Assembly: GCF_002105155.1 (NCBI RefSeq)
Contig: NW_019028982.1
Span: 62,001-126,000, forward strand
From: Lobosporangium transversale
Taxonomy: Eukaryota
Length of the DNA stretch: 64,000 nucleotides
Direction: 5' to 3'
The stretch's first letter is position 1. Every line of letters starts with the position of its first letter. The notes below the pieces were generated by a model. It saw only the letters and a list, made by a program, of their open reading frames with translations, was not told the DNA's origin and made no database searches. The translations under genes and the position numbers were made by a program. Positions 1 to 11,121 of this stretch are shown here, piece after piece.

Positions 1-88
1 GAGATGTTGAGCAGATATGAAATTATTTGAGGGCGAGTGAGCAATGATCAGCCCGAAACATATGCATTGGCATGAGATAACCACTTAC

Positions 89-105
89 AGTACAGTTCTT
101 GTCAT
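89..105 (-). CDS. Putative first coding micro-exon (MTRTVL...) of a gene continuing left of the window
   Basis: Minus strand reads ATG ACA AGA ACT GTA CT followed by a consensus GTAAGT donor. Upstream there is a candidate 5'UTR intron (GTAAGG donor at 1262; poly-T/CCTCAG acceptor at 375) and a pyrimidine-rich leader. Confidence 0.45.
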
Positions 106-1679
106 ATCACCCACCCAAGGAAAGGAATAAGGCTTTTTTATCAAGCGCTTCGGGCAATGTAATAAGAACGAGAGGGAAAAAATCGAAAAAGACGTTGTGG
201 GAGTCCTGAGAGAGGCAGTTAAACGACGTGATCTTGTGGAGAAGCGAAATAAATAACCTTGGCGTGCGATTGGATAGGCAGAGGTGGCCAAAAAGGCAAG
301 ATCAAGAGAGGACGCGTCTGGAAGTCGGATGTAGATTTGTTGTATATGAGAAGGGTAAGGGAAGTGTTGTTGACCTGAGGAAAAAAAAAAAAAAAAAAAG
401 TTTGGTGAGAAAAGAATACTACAAGAGAAAAATATTTTTTATATACTATTGTTATTTGTCGTCCTCTTCTTAATGTGAATGTGCGTTCTCTCAAGAAAGG
501 AAATTGAGGTGAAGATCGATTGAAGTACCCCAAGAGAAGAGAGCGCAAGAGATTGAGAGTTAAAAAAAGATGGGGGAGGAAAATAGGCAAGGAATGGATA
601 TGATACGATGTGATGGGAGGACAAAGAAGGAATGTTGGATGGGCAATCATAGGCAAGTAAGCACAAGAAACGAGAGCCAAAGTATGGGCACAGAGACTGG
701 AGCCAAGAAACGATTATATTATCTGAGAAATGTAATCCTTTGCATATAAAAGAAGATGCTGTAGAGAGGAAGTGACAGAGAGAAGTGAGCAGGAAAATTG
801 TGTATTGGACGGGAGAAACGAAATGATACGATTCAGTAATGCATACTATGCTGTTAATGGTGTAAAGTTGTCATTGTTGTTAATGCTGTTTATATTGTTA
901 ATGGTGTAATGCTGCCAAGGTTGTTGGTTGATGCTGTTTCTTTTTGCACTGGCGGTGCTGTCGACGTTTGGGAAATATATTCGATATTGGTGTATTGAAG
1001 TGAATGAATGAATAAATGAATGGATAGATAAAATAGATAAAATAATCTAATTCAATAACATCTATAATATTTGTAATAGTTAATGTTACGAGCTTAAATT
1101 CATAACCAAGCCTTTGTCTGCGCTTTTTTTTTTTTTTTTTTTTTTCTTTTAAAAAAAAGCACCTGTGCGGGAAGCGAAGCGGATCGAAATTGATCTTTGT
1201 AAAACGATATCCGGATTTGTATACGAAAAAGAGTGTTTATATAAAAGTGTTTGTATCCTTACCAGTAAATATAAAATAAATAATAGAATAAAATAAATAA
1301 AGAGCGACCAACGAACCTTTTTTTTTAATTCATGAGAAGAGATGAATAATGAGGAAAGAGAAGACAAGAGCAGTTGAAGTAAAGAGCTGGAACGAATGAA
1401 GACAGAGAACAATCAATTGTTGTGGGAAATTAGGAGAGGGAAATGAGAGGAGGGAGGGGTCGTCAAAGGAATAATAATAATAGTACTAATAATAATAATA
1501 GTAAAATAAAGAACTATTTTTCACGCGGTGGTCAGTGCAATAAGAATAATAAATAGTGGTAATAAACAGGAACAAACAAAATAAAAGACAACCACAAGTG
1601 ACACGCGATGAAGTTGCAAACAGTAATCGCAATGAAAAAGGAATGAGGAATCAGAGGTTATAAGGAATGAGGTCAAGAG

Positions 1680-1960
1680 AAGCAACTGACAGACTGAAAG
1701 TAATAGAAGTTGGATAGATGAAGCAGACGAGGAAGAAGTAAAGAAGGTAAGAAAGAAAGAATAAAAAAGATTGGAAAAAGAGGAAGGGAAGTAGGGGAGG
1801 GAAGCAGGGAAGGGAAGAGAGGGAAGGAAGAGGAAAGGAAGAGGAAAGGAAGAGGAAAGGAAGAGGGGAGAGATGATGTGATGATGAATGGATTAAAGCA
1901 AACGAAGATAGAGAAGGTAAGGAAGCCAGAAAGCAGAAAGAAAAAGAAAGAAAAAAACAT
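1680..1960. repeat. Purine-rich (GA) low-complexity tract with short tandem GAGGAAAGGAA units
   Basis: The + strand is almost entirely G/A, so the - strand is CT-rich, typical of a fungal promoter or 5'UTR. Confidence 0.7.
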
Positions 1961-2132
1961 GGAAAGAGACAAGTCCCCAGCCTGGAAGCACGCGCTTGGC
2001 GCATTGACTGGTCGAAACAAACGGCTTCGATCCAATTGTAAAAATATGTTAATAGACAGTATATACAATCATGTCAATGTAAAAAGGCGATGGTCCTGGC
2101 TTCGGGCAACTGTCGCTGCACCACTGCACCGC

Positions 2133-2165
<33 letters not shown>

Positions 2166-2306
2166 CATTCTACAGTGTTTGTATTGAATATTCTATTTAG
2201 AAACTATATTATAAAATATTTATACAGTACAGAGCAACGTTTTTTGCATTACAGTTTGCTCCGACAGGAATGAAGGTGTACATGTACAGTATATCTATCT
2301 ATACAT

Positions 2307-2360
<54 letters not shown>

Positions 2361-4473
2361 GATGCCCGGTGATTTGGTGCCGACAGTTGGTCTTCTTTTT
2401 TATTAATTGCATAGTGATTTTGGCATGAATAACAAGGTGTTTAAAAAAAAAAAAAAGGAGGAAGGGGGTCAGCGTAAGCTGTTCCAACGGACAATAAGGA
2501 GAGTCAATTAATCATTTTGGGCAACAAGGAGGAAACGGTAGTAAAGAAAGCCAATGACCTTGCCCTTACAAAGAGAGAGGGATCCAAGGACAATTGGTGA
2601 GTAATGGGAAATGTCGCAACTTTTTTTTAAAAAAAGACAGAGAACAGTCTTCTCCATCCACAAAAGCAGAGATGCACATGCACACACAACATATTTTTAT
2701 TACATTATATCCATATATTCATACACAGACACACATGCACATAGAAACATGATATGAACAACAAGCAACAAATAACGAGCAAAGAAGGATGATTTAGCAA
2801 CTCTGACATTTTTAAAAAATGCTCAAAATAAAATTAAATACAATTAAATAGATGTTTGTGAATGATATATATACTCACCACATTTATTCGAATGGAATGA
2901 AGCTTGATTGAAACTCTGTTTTCTGTGTATTGAAAAGATAGAAAAAGTGAGTAGACAAGAGAAAAGGGTACAAATCCATTGGTACTCCCAAAGACATTTC
3001 CTCCAGCTTTGCTCCGTTTGCTTGACTTTGATCTCCCTTGCTCTGCCACTTGTCCTTTTCAAAATAGGAGTACTGCCGCAGTTGTCAAGTGAGCATCAAT
3101 ACACCAAATTTTCGTTTCGAAAAAGAATTCCGAGCACCCTGTCTTTTCCATTTTTTAACCGTGATCCAGATTTCCAAGGAATATGTAGAGCCAAGTAGAC
3201 TATCTATTACAGAAGCCTAGTGATCTAGTGATAGACAAGGCTCTGTTTTTTAATCTAATCACTATGTTTTCTACTTCAAATCACGGCATTATAAGTGAAG
3301 ATATATACCCTCTTTATATTTTTTTAACGATCTCGATTTTGAAGTGGATATTTATGAGAAAGAAAGGTATCAAAGGTAAAGCGATAAAGCTCGGATCTTG
3401 ATTTGTACTTGGCCAAACATGAGAAAAATGACTCTTTATGCGGTCTTTGATAAGAGTACAAACAAAAAAAAAAAAAAAAGAGTTCTTGCTTGTGTTAACA
3501 TCTCACTCCTTGCTTTCCTTGCTTTGAGTGTCCAATGATCATGGAAAGTTTCATCTGCTAGTCTATTTATTGATGTCTCTTAATCTACCTTCGCCTTTGC
3601 CTTCACTTTTGCCTTTACCATCTCAGTTTTTACCATTGCCTCAGCCTTTTTGTTTTACGACGTCAATAGTATGCTAATGCTATTTTTTACTCTTTCTTTT
3701 CTTTTCTTTTCTTTTGAATTCCCGCTGGCCAGTGCTCGAATTCAAATGCACGTGTGTTATCCTTCAGATGTATACTTTTTATTGATAAAATAGAAAGGAG
3801 GTACAAATGTGAATATATATAATATATACATAAGATTGGAGAGCAATTAATCCTCATGCTTCAACTTAAAAAGAATAGAAAAGAAAAGTGAGATGAATAG
3901 ATGGAGGCTGCAAGATGTGTGTGTATGTGATACAGACAGACTGGTGGTGTCCTACCCTAAACAATAAAAGCAATAATTTTTTCAAGTAGCCCTTGACGCG
4001 TCCCTGCAAAGTGTGCGACTGTAGACACGAAAATGAGACTAAAAATACACTTACTATTGTTGAATAATATATATTAATGTAGATCTAATAAATATTCGAT
4101 TGAATCAGTGTGTCGTATCCATCAATGTTTACATGTCAACATGCCAATGAACGGTGGCCTGCGCGTACGCTGGCTTCTCTACTGACATATGTCCACATCT
4201 ATTGTCACATGACAGCCTATATCTGCGTATTTTAAGAGTCCGGCTTCATTATGTGTATTATTATAAATATTTATACTTGCAGAACATGTTTATTTTTTAT
4301 TGTGGAATAGCAACTTTTTGGTGTATTATCTATGCTGAGCTCCTTTGACTTTCGGTAACTACAATGAAGGGAATGTCGAGCTCTAGAAAGACTAATGTAT
4401 GGATATCTCGAGCCTTTGCTTGCCAAAGGAAAGAAGGATTGGTTTTGCAAAACTGGATAGAGCGCAATGGAGT

Positions 4474-4508
<35 letters not shown>

Positions 4509-6963
4509 CTTTTGCGCACGAGACAGGGCTGACGTTGGAAAAGCTCTTTCCCACATGAGTGTGTTGCTCTACCTCCCTCCTCCCATCATATATTTCTATA
4601 ATTACATACTCACAATTGCTGAGTACCTCTCAACAATGTCTTCGGTTATTGCTCTCCACCAATGACTATCCACGATGTCCTTATTCTCCCTGGGATATTC
4701 CAAGTAATATGAAATAATACAAACGCCAATTACGCTAAAAGAGCGCGAAAGGAATACATTAGTTTTTCCAATAGCCGTTTTTTTGTTCTCCTGAGAACAA
4801 ACTGCATCAGCAACAAACTCATTGGAGCTCCTTCCCTTTCTCTCACCCTTTCTTATTTCATTAATGCGCGAATGCATCCAATCACGACCATTGACGTTAT
4901 GAATATCTGATACAAAGTCAAGGCTATTGAAGCATAGAGTAACGAAAGCTTGTCTATCATGTGTCATGAGCATAAATAAAAAGAGTTCTTCCTTTTCATA
5001 TGATGTGGTTCATGCTTTTTTTTTTTTTTTTTTTTTTTTTTTGTTTTGCCTTTGGTTCAGATTATCATTGAGACATCCGCAAAAAAAGGGACTTTGTTAG
5101 ACTACATGTAAAGTGAGAAAAGTCTACAAGTTCCTCGGTCTAGCTTTTCTAAGAGAGATGACCCTTTAGGCATGGAGCGTGTGAGGTGTGTATGGTGGCG
5201 TGCATCACTTTTTTGTCATACAAAAAAGCGTCAATTCATGACAACGGAGTTAAATTAATCATAGGTGTATATTTTGTTTATACCCAACAGTCAATGCGGG
5301 AAGTGGAGAACATGCGATTGTATGGTTTTATGGTTGCAAGGGCTCATTTTATTTGGGAAACTACGATCCTTCTTTCCACTTTCACAACAAATAAAAAAAA
5401 AGGGATTATTTCTTGTTGTTCTTGACATTTTGCTACATGTATTTCCACTCGAGTATTCTGAAAAAAATTCAATGCAAGGGCGAGCCCTGTGTAAACTGTG
5501 CACAACAAAACAAGAGCAGAGAACGATCTTAGTGATATGAATAATGATGATATATAATAAAAAATAAAAACCGGTTTTATGGATACATTAAGAGGCCAGA
5601 ACACTTTGCCATACTACAAGCCCTTGCTGTTCCTCTCTTCATCCTAACTCCGTCCTAAAAAAAATAAAAAAAATAAAAAAAAAAACACGCCTTTTCCTTA
5701 ACTCTTTTGTTTTTTTCAGGGTATTCCTTGATTGTTTTAAACAAAATAGGGCCTTAGAACATCTAATCAGTAATCATTTCATATAGATCAAAAAATGATG
5801 GATCTATATATTTATTCAATTCCTCATGCAAAATGTCAAGTCATTGCGATTAAGGGACTAGAGGAGAAATACCTCGCGCCGCTGACAGGATCAAGGAAGG
5901 AAAAAAAAAATGCAATTGTAAACGAGAGCATTAAGGATGTGATGATTAATGTATTGATAGATAAATAGCCGACTAAAATGAGCATCATGAGCCAAATCGA
6001 CCAAGAAGGGTCCAGTCCAGTCAGCTAGCCAGTCCAGCCAAGGCAAGGTATGGCAAGTCAAGATGAAGTGTCAATCAGACAATATATGTACAATAAACGG
6101 TTTGTGTTTCCGCATGTCCATCTGACTAGACTAACGGTCATTGTTCATTTCATAGCCCATTTTCATATTTTTTAAAGAAAGGGTTGCCTGTAAAAATTTT
6201 CATTATGCATCCTAACAGCATGTGCATGATTAAAAGCCCAACAAACAGCTATATAATGCAAATAATAATATATTTTTATAGCAGCTTAACGAAGGAAAAA
6301 AAAATGAAAAGTAATAATTCATCCATGAACAATTTTAAAGAGAACGAAGAAGACTGACATGAGGTTTAGGCTGGGCTTTTTAAAAGAGGGCTCTCAAACA
6401 TTCAGGTCTTTCTTTTCAGCTCGTAATTGAACAATTGGGCGGACTTCTCTTCCCCTCATCTGGTTGGCGGATTGTTGGTATCCATCTTATCCTATCAATA
6501 CCCTCTTTCATTCCCATCCCTATCCACTTGTTCTCTAAATAGTACATGCAGTATAATGAAAGCGATTCATATTTCATGTATAGAATATATATAAATATAC
6601 ATATATCAAATCTTACACAATAAGATAATCTGCATAAGCTCTTGTTATGAATTCATGCGAGTATGTTCTCTTCTATACACAAAGAGCCTTTCCTTTCTTC
6701 CATTGTTTATCGTTAGCTATTTCGTTTTCTGTCTACCCTCGCTTGGGTGATCACATTGCTTCAAAGAATGACCGTTTCATGAGGCCCTTTATTACAAAAA
6801 AAACCTAAATGGTGAGATATGGTCGTAATGCACCAGTTAATTAGTCATTACGCCCTGTCGTCTACAGAGGCGTGAGAGTGGGAGATTAGACAAAAAAGGA
6901 AAAAAAAAAAAAAAAAAAATAGAAAAAAGAAAAAGAAAATGCAGATTTCTAAAAAGCAGACTT

Positions 6964-9900
6964 TTACAATACAGTCGGAGCTATTGTTGCTACTAATGAT
7001 GTGTTGGGTGTTGTTGTTGTTGTTGTTGTAGCCTCAGCTTCAGTTTTTGTAGCCTGGACAGGATCAACCTTGCCAACAAGATCTTTCTCCTTGAGCTGGT
7101 TTTCACCCTCGCCGGGTGATTTAGAGGAGTCTAAAAGTAGAACAGGACTAGTGTGGCCCTCAGCAACCTCAACCTCCTGCTTCCTTATCCGTACAACTGC
7201 ATCGGTAGCTTGGGTTGCACCACTCTTCTTTTGATCCACGTTTGTGGTAATATCGTTGCGTGGGTTTATGGCTACTTGAGTGCCACTATCATCTTCGGTC
7301 GAGACCACATCCATTATTTCATCTTCAGCGCAAGTGTATTGCTGTTGTCCTTCCTGTTGTTGAAGAGGCTCTGCGGGTGTCATCTCCACATCGGCATTTT
7401 CTACGATCAGATCAACTTCCAAAGACTCTTCTGTCAAAGCTAATGGCTGGATAGACTTATAGGGTCTTTTTTCTGAACCCACCGGTTCGTTTGAGCTCGA
7501 TGTCAGACCTTTTGAAGATAATCCATGGCGTGATGATCCACTTGAACGATGTGCCGGAACAGCAGTTGAGGTCGATGACGGAGATGGCCATTGATAGAGC
7601 GGTTGGCGAGACTTCCTCGGCTCTTCAGGGTAATAAGGATGTGGGTCGAAGCGCATCCCATCATAAACTTCATCCTCTATTGGATCGTAAGGACTGACTA
7701 ACACAGGCATTCGGATCTGAGCCCTGATAGCATCCCATCGACGCCCCTGTCTTGCCACAGCTGCCGCCAGTCGGGCCATGTCGCGACTTTCCCATCGACC
7801 TGCGGCCCACTCCAAGTCATCTTCCAACGCATAGTCGATAAAATCTGATTCCTGCTCATAATCCCGATGTGGATGGCGTTGTTGGTGTGACTGTGAGTAG
7901 CGGCTACTGTATCGACCTAATTCAGTATCGTAGTCATATTTGTCATACTCGTAGCCCGCTCGAGATGCACGACGTCTATTACTAAAGCTGGTATTATTGA
8001 TATCTCCTGCCGGATAGTCATATCCACCATAGCGAGTGTCGCGATTCAAAAGAATGTCCTCTCGTCGACGTTCCTCTTGCTCGTCCAAAAGGCTTGATCT
8101 ATCCTGTCCTCTAGATGAATTTCTCATGAGATTTCTCACTGGGCTGCGTCCTATTGGTCGGCCTCGCTGCTCAGACTCGTGGGGCCTGAGTCGCGTTTCT
8201 TTGTTTAATTCCGACAATGGCTCATCTCTGGAAGGTTGATTTTGGCTAATAATTTCACTTGCACCATATGGCCCAAGATGGGCGTGATTGGCTTCGTATG
8301 AATCACGATAAGACGATGACACAGAGGATGAGCGATGGTGACTAGGTTGCGGCTGTTGGCTATGGTTATGATTGTGATACATATGGTATGAGTGTTCGTT
8401 ATCGATGTTATTCCTATTTATACTCCAATAAGGCGCACAGGCCTGAAATGATCGATCGCAATACCTTCTGTAAGACAGCTCCCTTTCGCTCTTAGGTTGG
8501 TCTTCCTGTTCTTCCATTACTCCTTCTTCAAGACCAAAGCTGTCAGTGTTATCATGACGAATGTGGTTTCCACTGTGCTCAGGCTCATAACCAGAAGAAC
8601 GAGCATTGGTTTCATCCCGGTAGGCCCTTGCTGATGGAGGATAATTTAATCCTTCATCGCTTCGTGTAGACATTGTCAAGTAAGCGTCCCCGGGCTGATC
8701 ATAATCACGCTGATATCTCGAACGTACAGAGTTTGGTTCTTGAGGGTAACGCTCCACGTCCTTATCGTAGGCTCGATAATCTCCGTAAGACGATGAATGG
8801 CTTCGGTGATGATATGGATTGCGTGGCTCTCCGTGAAGAGGTCCATCAACATCCATTCTTCTTCGCTTCCCGCCAGCATCATAATATCGGTCATACTCCA
8901 ACTCGACAAGCCGTGCATCGAGAGGGTCCACTGTCCTATACTCATAGTTCTTATCAAACCGTCGCATGTCATGCATATCTCTTCGGAGGCGTTTAGCTCC
9001 ATCGCCATATGGGTCTATATAAGAAGTTCGATCCTCTGTTCCTCGTCGCCTAATACCTGCCAAACGTGTCTCACCTGCGGAGCCTTCGGTCTCTACGTCA
9101 ATATCCATGCTTATACCGGGTTTGTTTGCTTCATTAGGTAGCTTGCTATTCTTAAGATGTCTGCGCCACTTGGACATACACTGCGTTTGAGAGTAACCAC
9201 GACTTTGCATCTTTTCTGCAATGACACTCCAAACAACATTCCCAACAGGAAATTCCTTCTCAATTAGACGATACATGTATTGACTATCTTCCTCTTTCCA
9301 TTCAATATGTTTCTGATGCTCATGCTTCGTAGGTTTTGGCGACCTCCTCTCTTCTCCTATCTCTTGTCGTTCGCTTTCACCAGGTTTTCCTTTGTTGTCG
9401 CCAGGCTCGGGTCCGACTGATGCACGAAGTGTTTGTGAATTTTCCTGTCCTGCCTCGGATCCTGGCCTAGATAGACGGGCTTCGTGATTTTGAGCGCCAT
9501 CATCATCCGATACCATACTCTTATCATCTCTGCCATTCGCAGGAACACCAGCATCACCATCTACAAGAGTTTGATCGACGCCCTGACGTTGTTTACCACG
9601 TGATGAGGAGTGACTAGTGCTGCCCAAATGATTTGCTTGATTTTGCCGATGTTGAACACGCCACCAACGAGATTTGCATTGTGTTCGATCATATCCGCGT
9701 CCTTCCATCTGTTTTGAGACCCATGCCCAATCTACTTTCCGTGACGCAAACTTGGTTTCAATAAGATGCACCAAGAAATCACTATCCTCTGGCTTCCATT
9801 CGATTTTGCCAAAGCTTGTAGGTGTTGCTGTGATAGCCGACACTGAACGTATTGGATCATCTGTAGTTTCGTCTCGAGTCTGCTGTGGGTTTGACTGCCT

Positions 9901-11121
9901 GCGATGATGCTGTCTGGCGGGAGAATAGTCTTGAGGGTTCTGGTTAGCACCCACAGTATGACCACGATGACCACTTTGATCCTCATCAGACCAAAGTTCA
10001 TCCTCTTCGAGCACACCACGTCCGTTAGCATATCGACTAGCATAATGCGATGCAGAGCTTCGATGAGGAGGTAATAGTGCTGATGAAACAGGCGAAATTC
10101 TAGGTCGATAGTCATTCCTGCGCTCCCTGTAATAATATCCGTCTCCATGTTGGTGGTCATAGGACCTGCGAGGGTCATAGTGGCGTGGGCGATACGGGTC
10201 CGAGTAGCCCATTCCATCAGGTGCGCGCTCATGATCCGATCGATGATGCAGCCTATTCTGGTCCTGTCTGGACTCGCCAACTATGCGCTGATCTATCGTT
10301 TCTTCATCATCATCATCGATCAGTTCATCCTGTTCTTGTTGATCTCGGAGGTGGTCTCGGGTCTCTTTATCCTTGGGAGGATCATTCCCGTGAAGTACCT
10401 TGTTCCGAATGCGCTTCCATTTGGATCGACATTGGCTTTTTGTAAAGCCGCGACTGGCCATCTGCTGCCCGACCCAATCCCAGATAATATTGCCTTTGGG
10501 GAACTGTGTTTCAATGAGATGAACCAAATATTGTGCATCCTCTTCCTTCCAATCAGTTTTGCTAACTATGCTACGTCCTGATGCGAGTGCATTAGCAACC
10601 TCAGTGTCGACCTCAGAGGAAGTGCTCCTGGTGAGATGACCTAATGTCTTTGTCTTTGTTACAGCGATGTGCTTGTTGGTGAGTGTTGCTGGCTGGTGGT
10701 GATTGTTGGAACTAGAGGATGAGATTGAGCTCGATGTCGAATGGGTCTTTAGTGTAGATACACCAGAACTCATATTGTAAGGTAGATGCTGGCTAGAAGA
10801 GGGTTGTGGCTGAGAAATAGTGGTTGTATTGGTAGTGGGTGATAAGCGACGAGCAATCCTTTCGAGAGTCACTTCTCGCTCTGATGGTTCGGTATGGTCT
10901 TGATCTTGTGAATACTCAGGAGCTCGAGAACGCCTTGAGGATGATGAAGGAGGTGGAGAAGGAAGACTGGAGCGCACAGCTGATCCAGCGTCTGGGCTGG
11001 ATGATTTTGTAGGTGGCGTGACAGGGGGTGAGGATGAATCAACAACTTTGGACTGTTTAGATGTCATGTTGAGAGGATCCACTGCCGGTGTGCTGGCAGA
11101 TATGGAAGGCGCAATGGACAT
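6964..11121 (-). CDS. Myb/SANT (trihelix-like) repeat protein, 1385 aa, apparently intronless
   Basis: Three repeats of the form WK.ED...L..LIE..F.....W..V...M..RG....QC.S[KR]W, plus a degenerate fourth (RWESRDMARLAAAVARQGRRWDAI), separated by low-complexity sequence. Confidence 0.85.
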   Translation of the reverse strand: MSIAPSISASTPAVDPLNMTSKQSKVVDSSSPPVTPPTKSSSPDAGSAVRSSLPSPPPSSSSRRSRAPEYSQDQDHTEPSEREVTLERIARRLSPTTNTTTISQPQPSSSQHLPYNMSSGVSTLKTHSTSSSISSSSSNNHHQPATLTNKHIAVTKTKTLGHLTRSTSSEVDTEVANALASGRSIVSKTDWKEEDAQYLVHLIETQFPKGNIIWDWVGQQMASRGFTKSQCRSKWKRIRNKVLHGNDPPKDKETRDHLRDQQEQDELIDDDDEETIDQRIVGESRQDQNRLHHRSDHERAPDGMGYSDPYRPRHYDPRRSYDHQHGDGYYYRERRNDYRPRISPVSSALLPPHRSSASHYASRYANGRGVLEEDELWSDEDQSGHRGHTVGANQNPQDYSPARQHHRRQSNPQQTRDETTDDPIRSVSAITATPTSFGKIEWKPEDSDFLVHLIETKFASRKVDWAWVSKQMEGRGYDRTQCKSRWWRVQHRQNQANHLGSTSHSSSRGKQRQGVDQTLVDGDAGVPANGRDDKSMVSDDDGAQNHEARLSRPGSEAGQENSQTLRASVGPEPGDNKGKPGESERQEIGEERRSPKPTKHEHQKHIEWKEEDSQYMYRLIEKEFPVGNVVWSVIAEKMQSRGYSQTQCMSKWRRHLKNSKLPNEANKPGISMDIDVETEGSAGETRLAGIRRRGTEDRTSYIDPYGDGAKRLRRDMHDMRRFDKNYEYRTVDPLDARLVELEYDRYYDAGGKRRRMDVDGPLHGEPRNPYHHRSHSSSYGDYRAYDKDVERYPQEPNSVRSRYQRDYDQPGDAYLTMSTRSDEGLNYPPSARAYRDETNARSSGYEPEHSGNHIRHDNTDSFGLEEGVMEEQEDQPKSERELSYRRYCDRSFQACAPYWSINRNNIDNEHSYHMYHNHNHSQQPQPSHHRSSSVSSSYRDSYEANHAHLGPYGASEIISQNQPSRDEPLSELNKETRLRPHESEQRGRPIGRSPVRNLMRNSSRGQDRSSLLDEQEERRREDILLNRDTRYGGYDYPAGDINNTSFSNRRRASRAGYEYDKYDYDTELGRYSSRYSQSHQQRHPHRDYEQESDFIDYALEDDLEWAAGRWESRDMARLAAAVARQGRRWDAIRAQIRMPVLVSPYDPIEDEVYDGMRFDPHPYYPEEPRKSRQPLYQWPSPSSTSTAVPAHRSSGSSRHGLSSKGLTSSSNEPVGSEKRPYKSIQPLALTEESLEVDLIVENADVEMTPAEPLQQQEGQQQYTCAEDEIMDVVSTEDDSGTQVAINPRNDITTNVDQKKSGATQATDAVVRIRKQEVEVAEGHTSPVLLLDSSKSPGEGENQLKEKDLVGKVDPVQATKTEAEATTTTTTTPNTSLVATIAPTVL

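Noticed and set aside
219..5604. Numerous short ORFs rich in F/L/K in the ORF track
   Set aside because: They translate homopolymer and purine/pyrimidine tracts and show no protein-like features.
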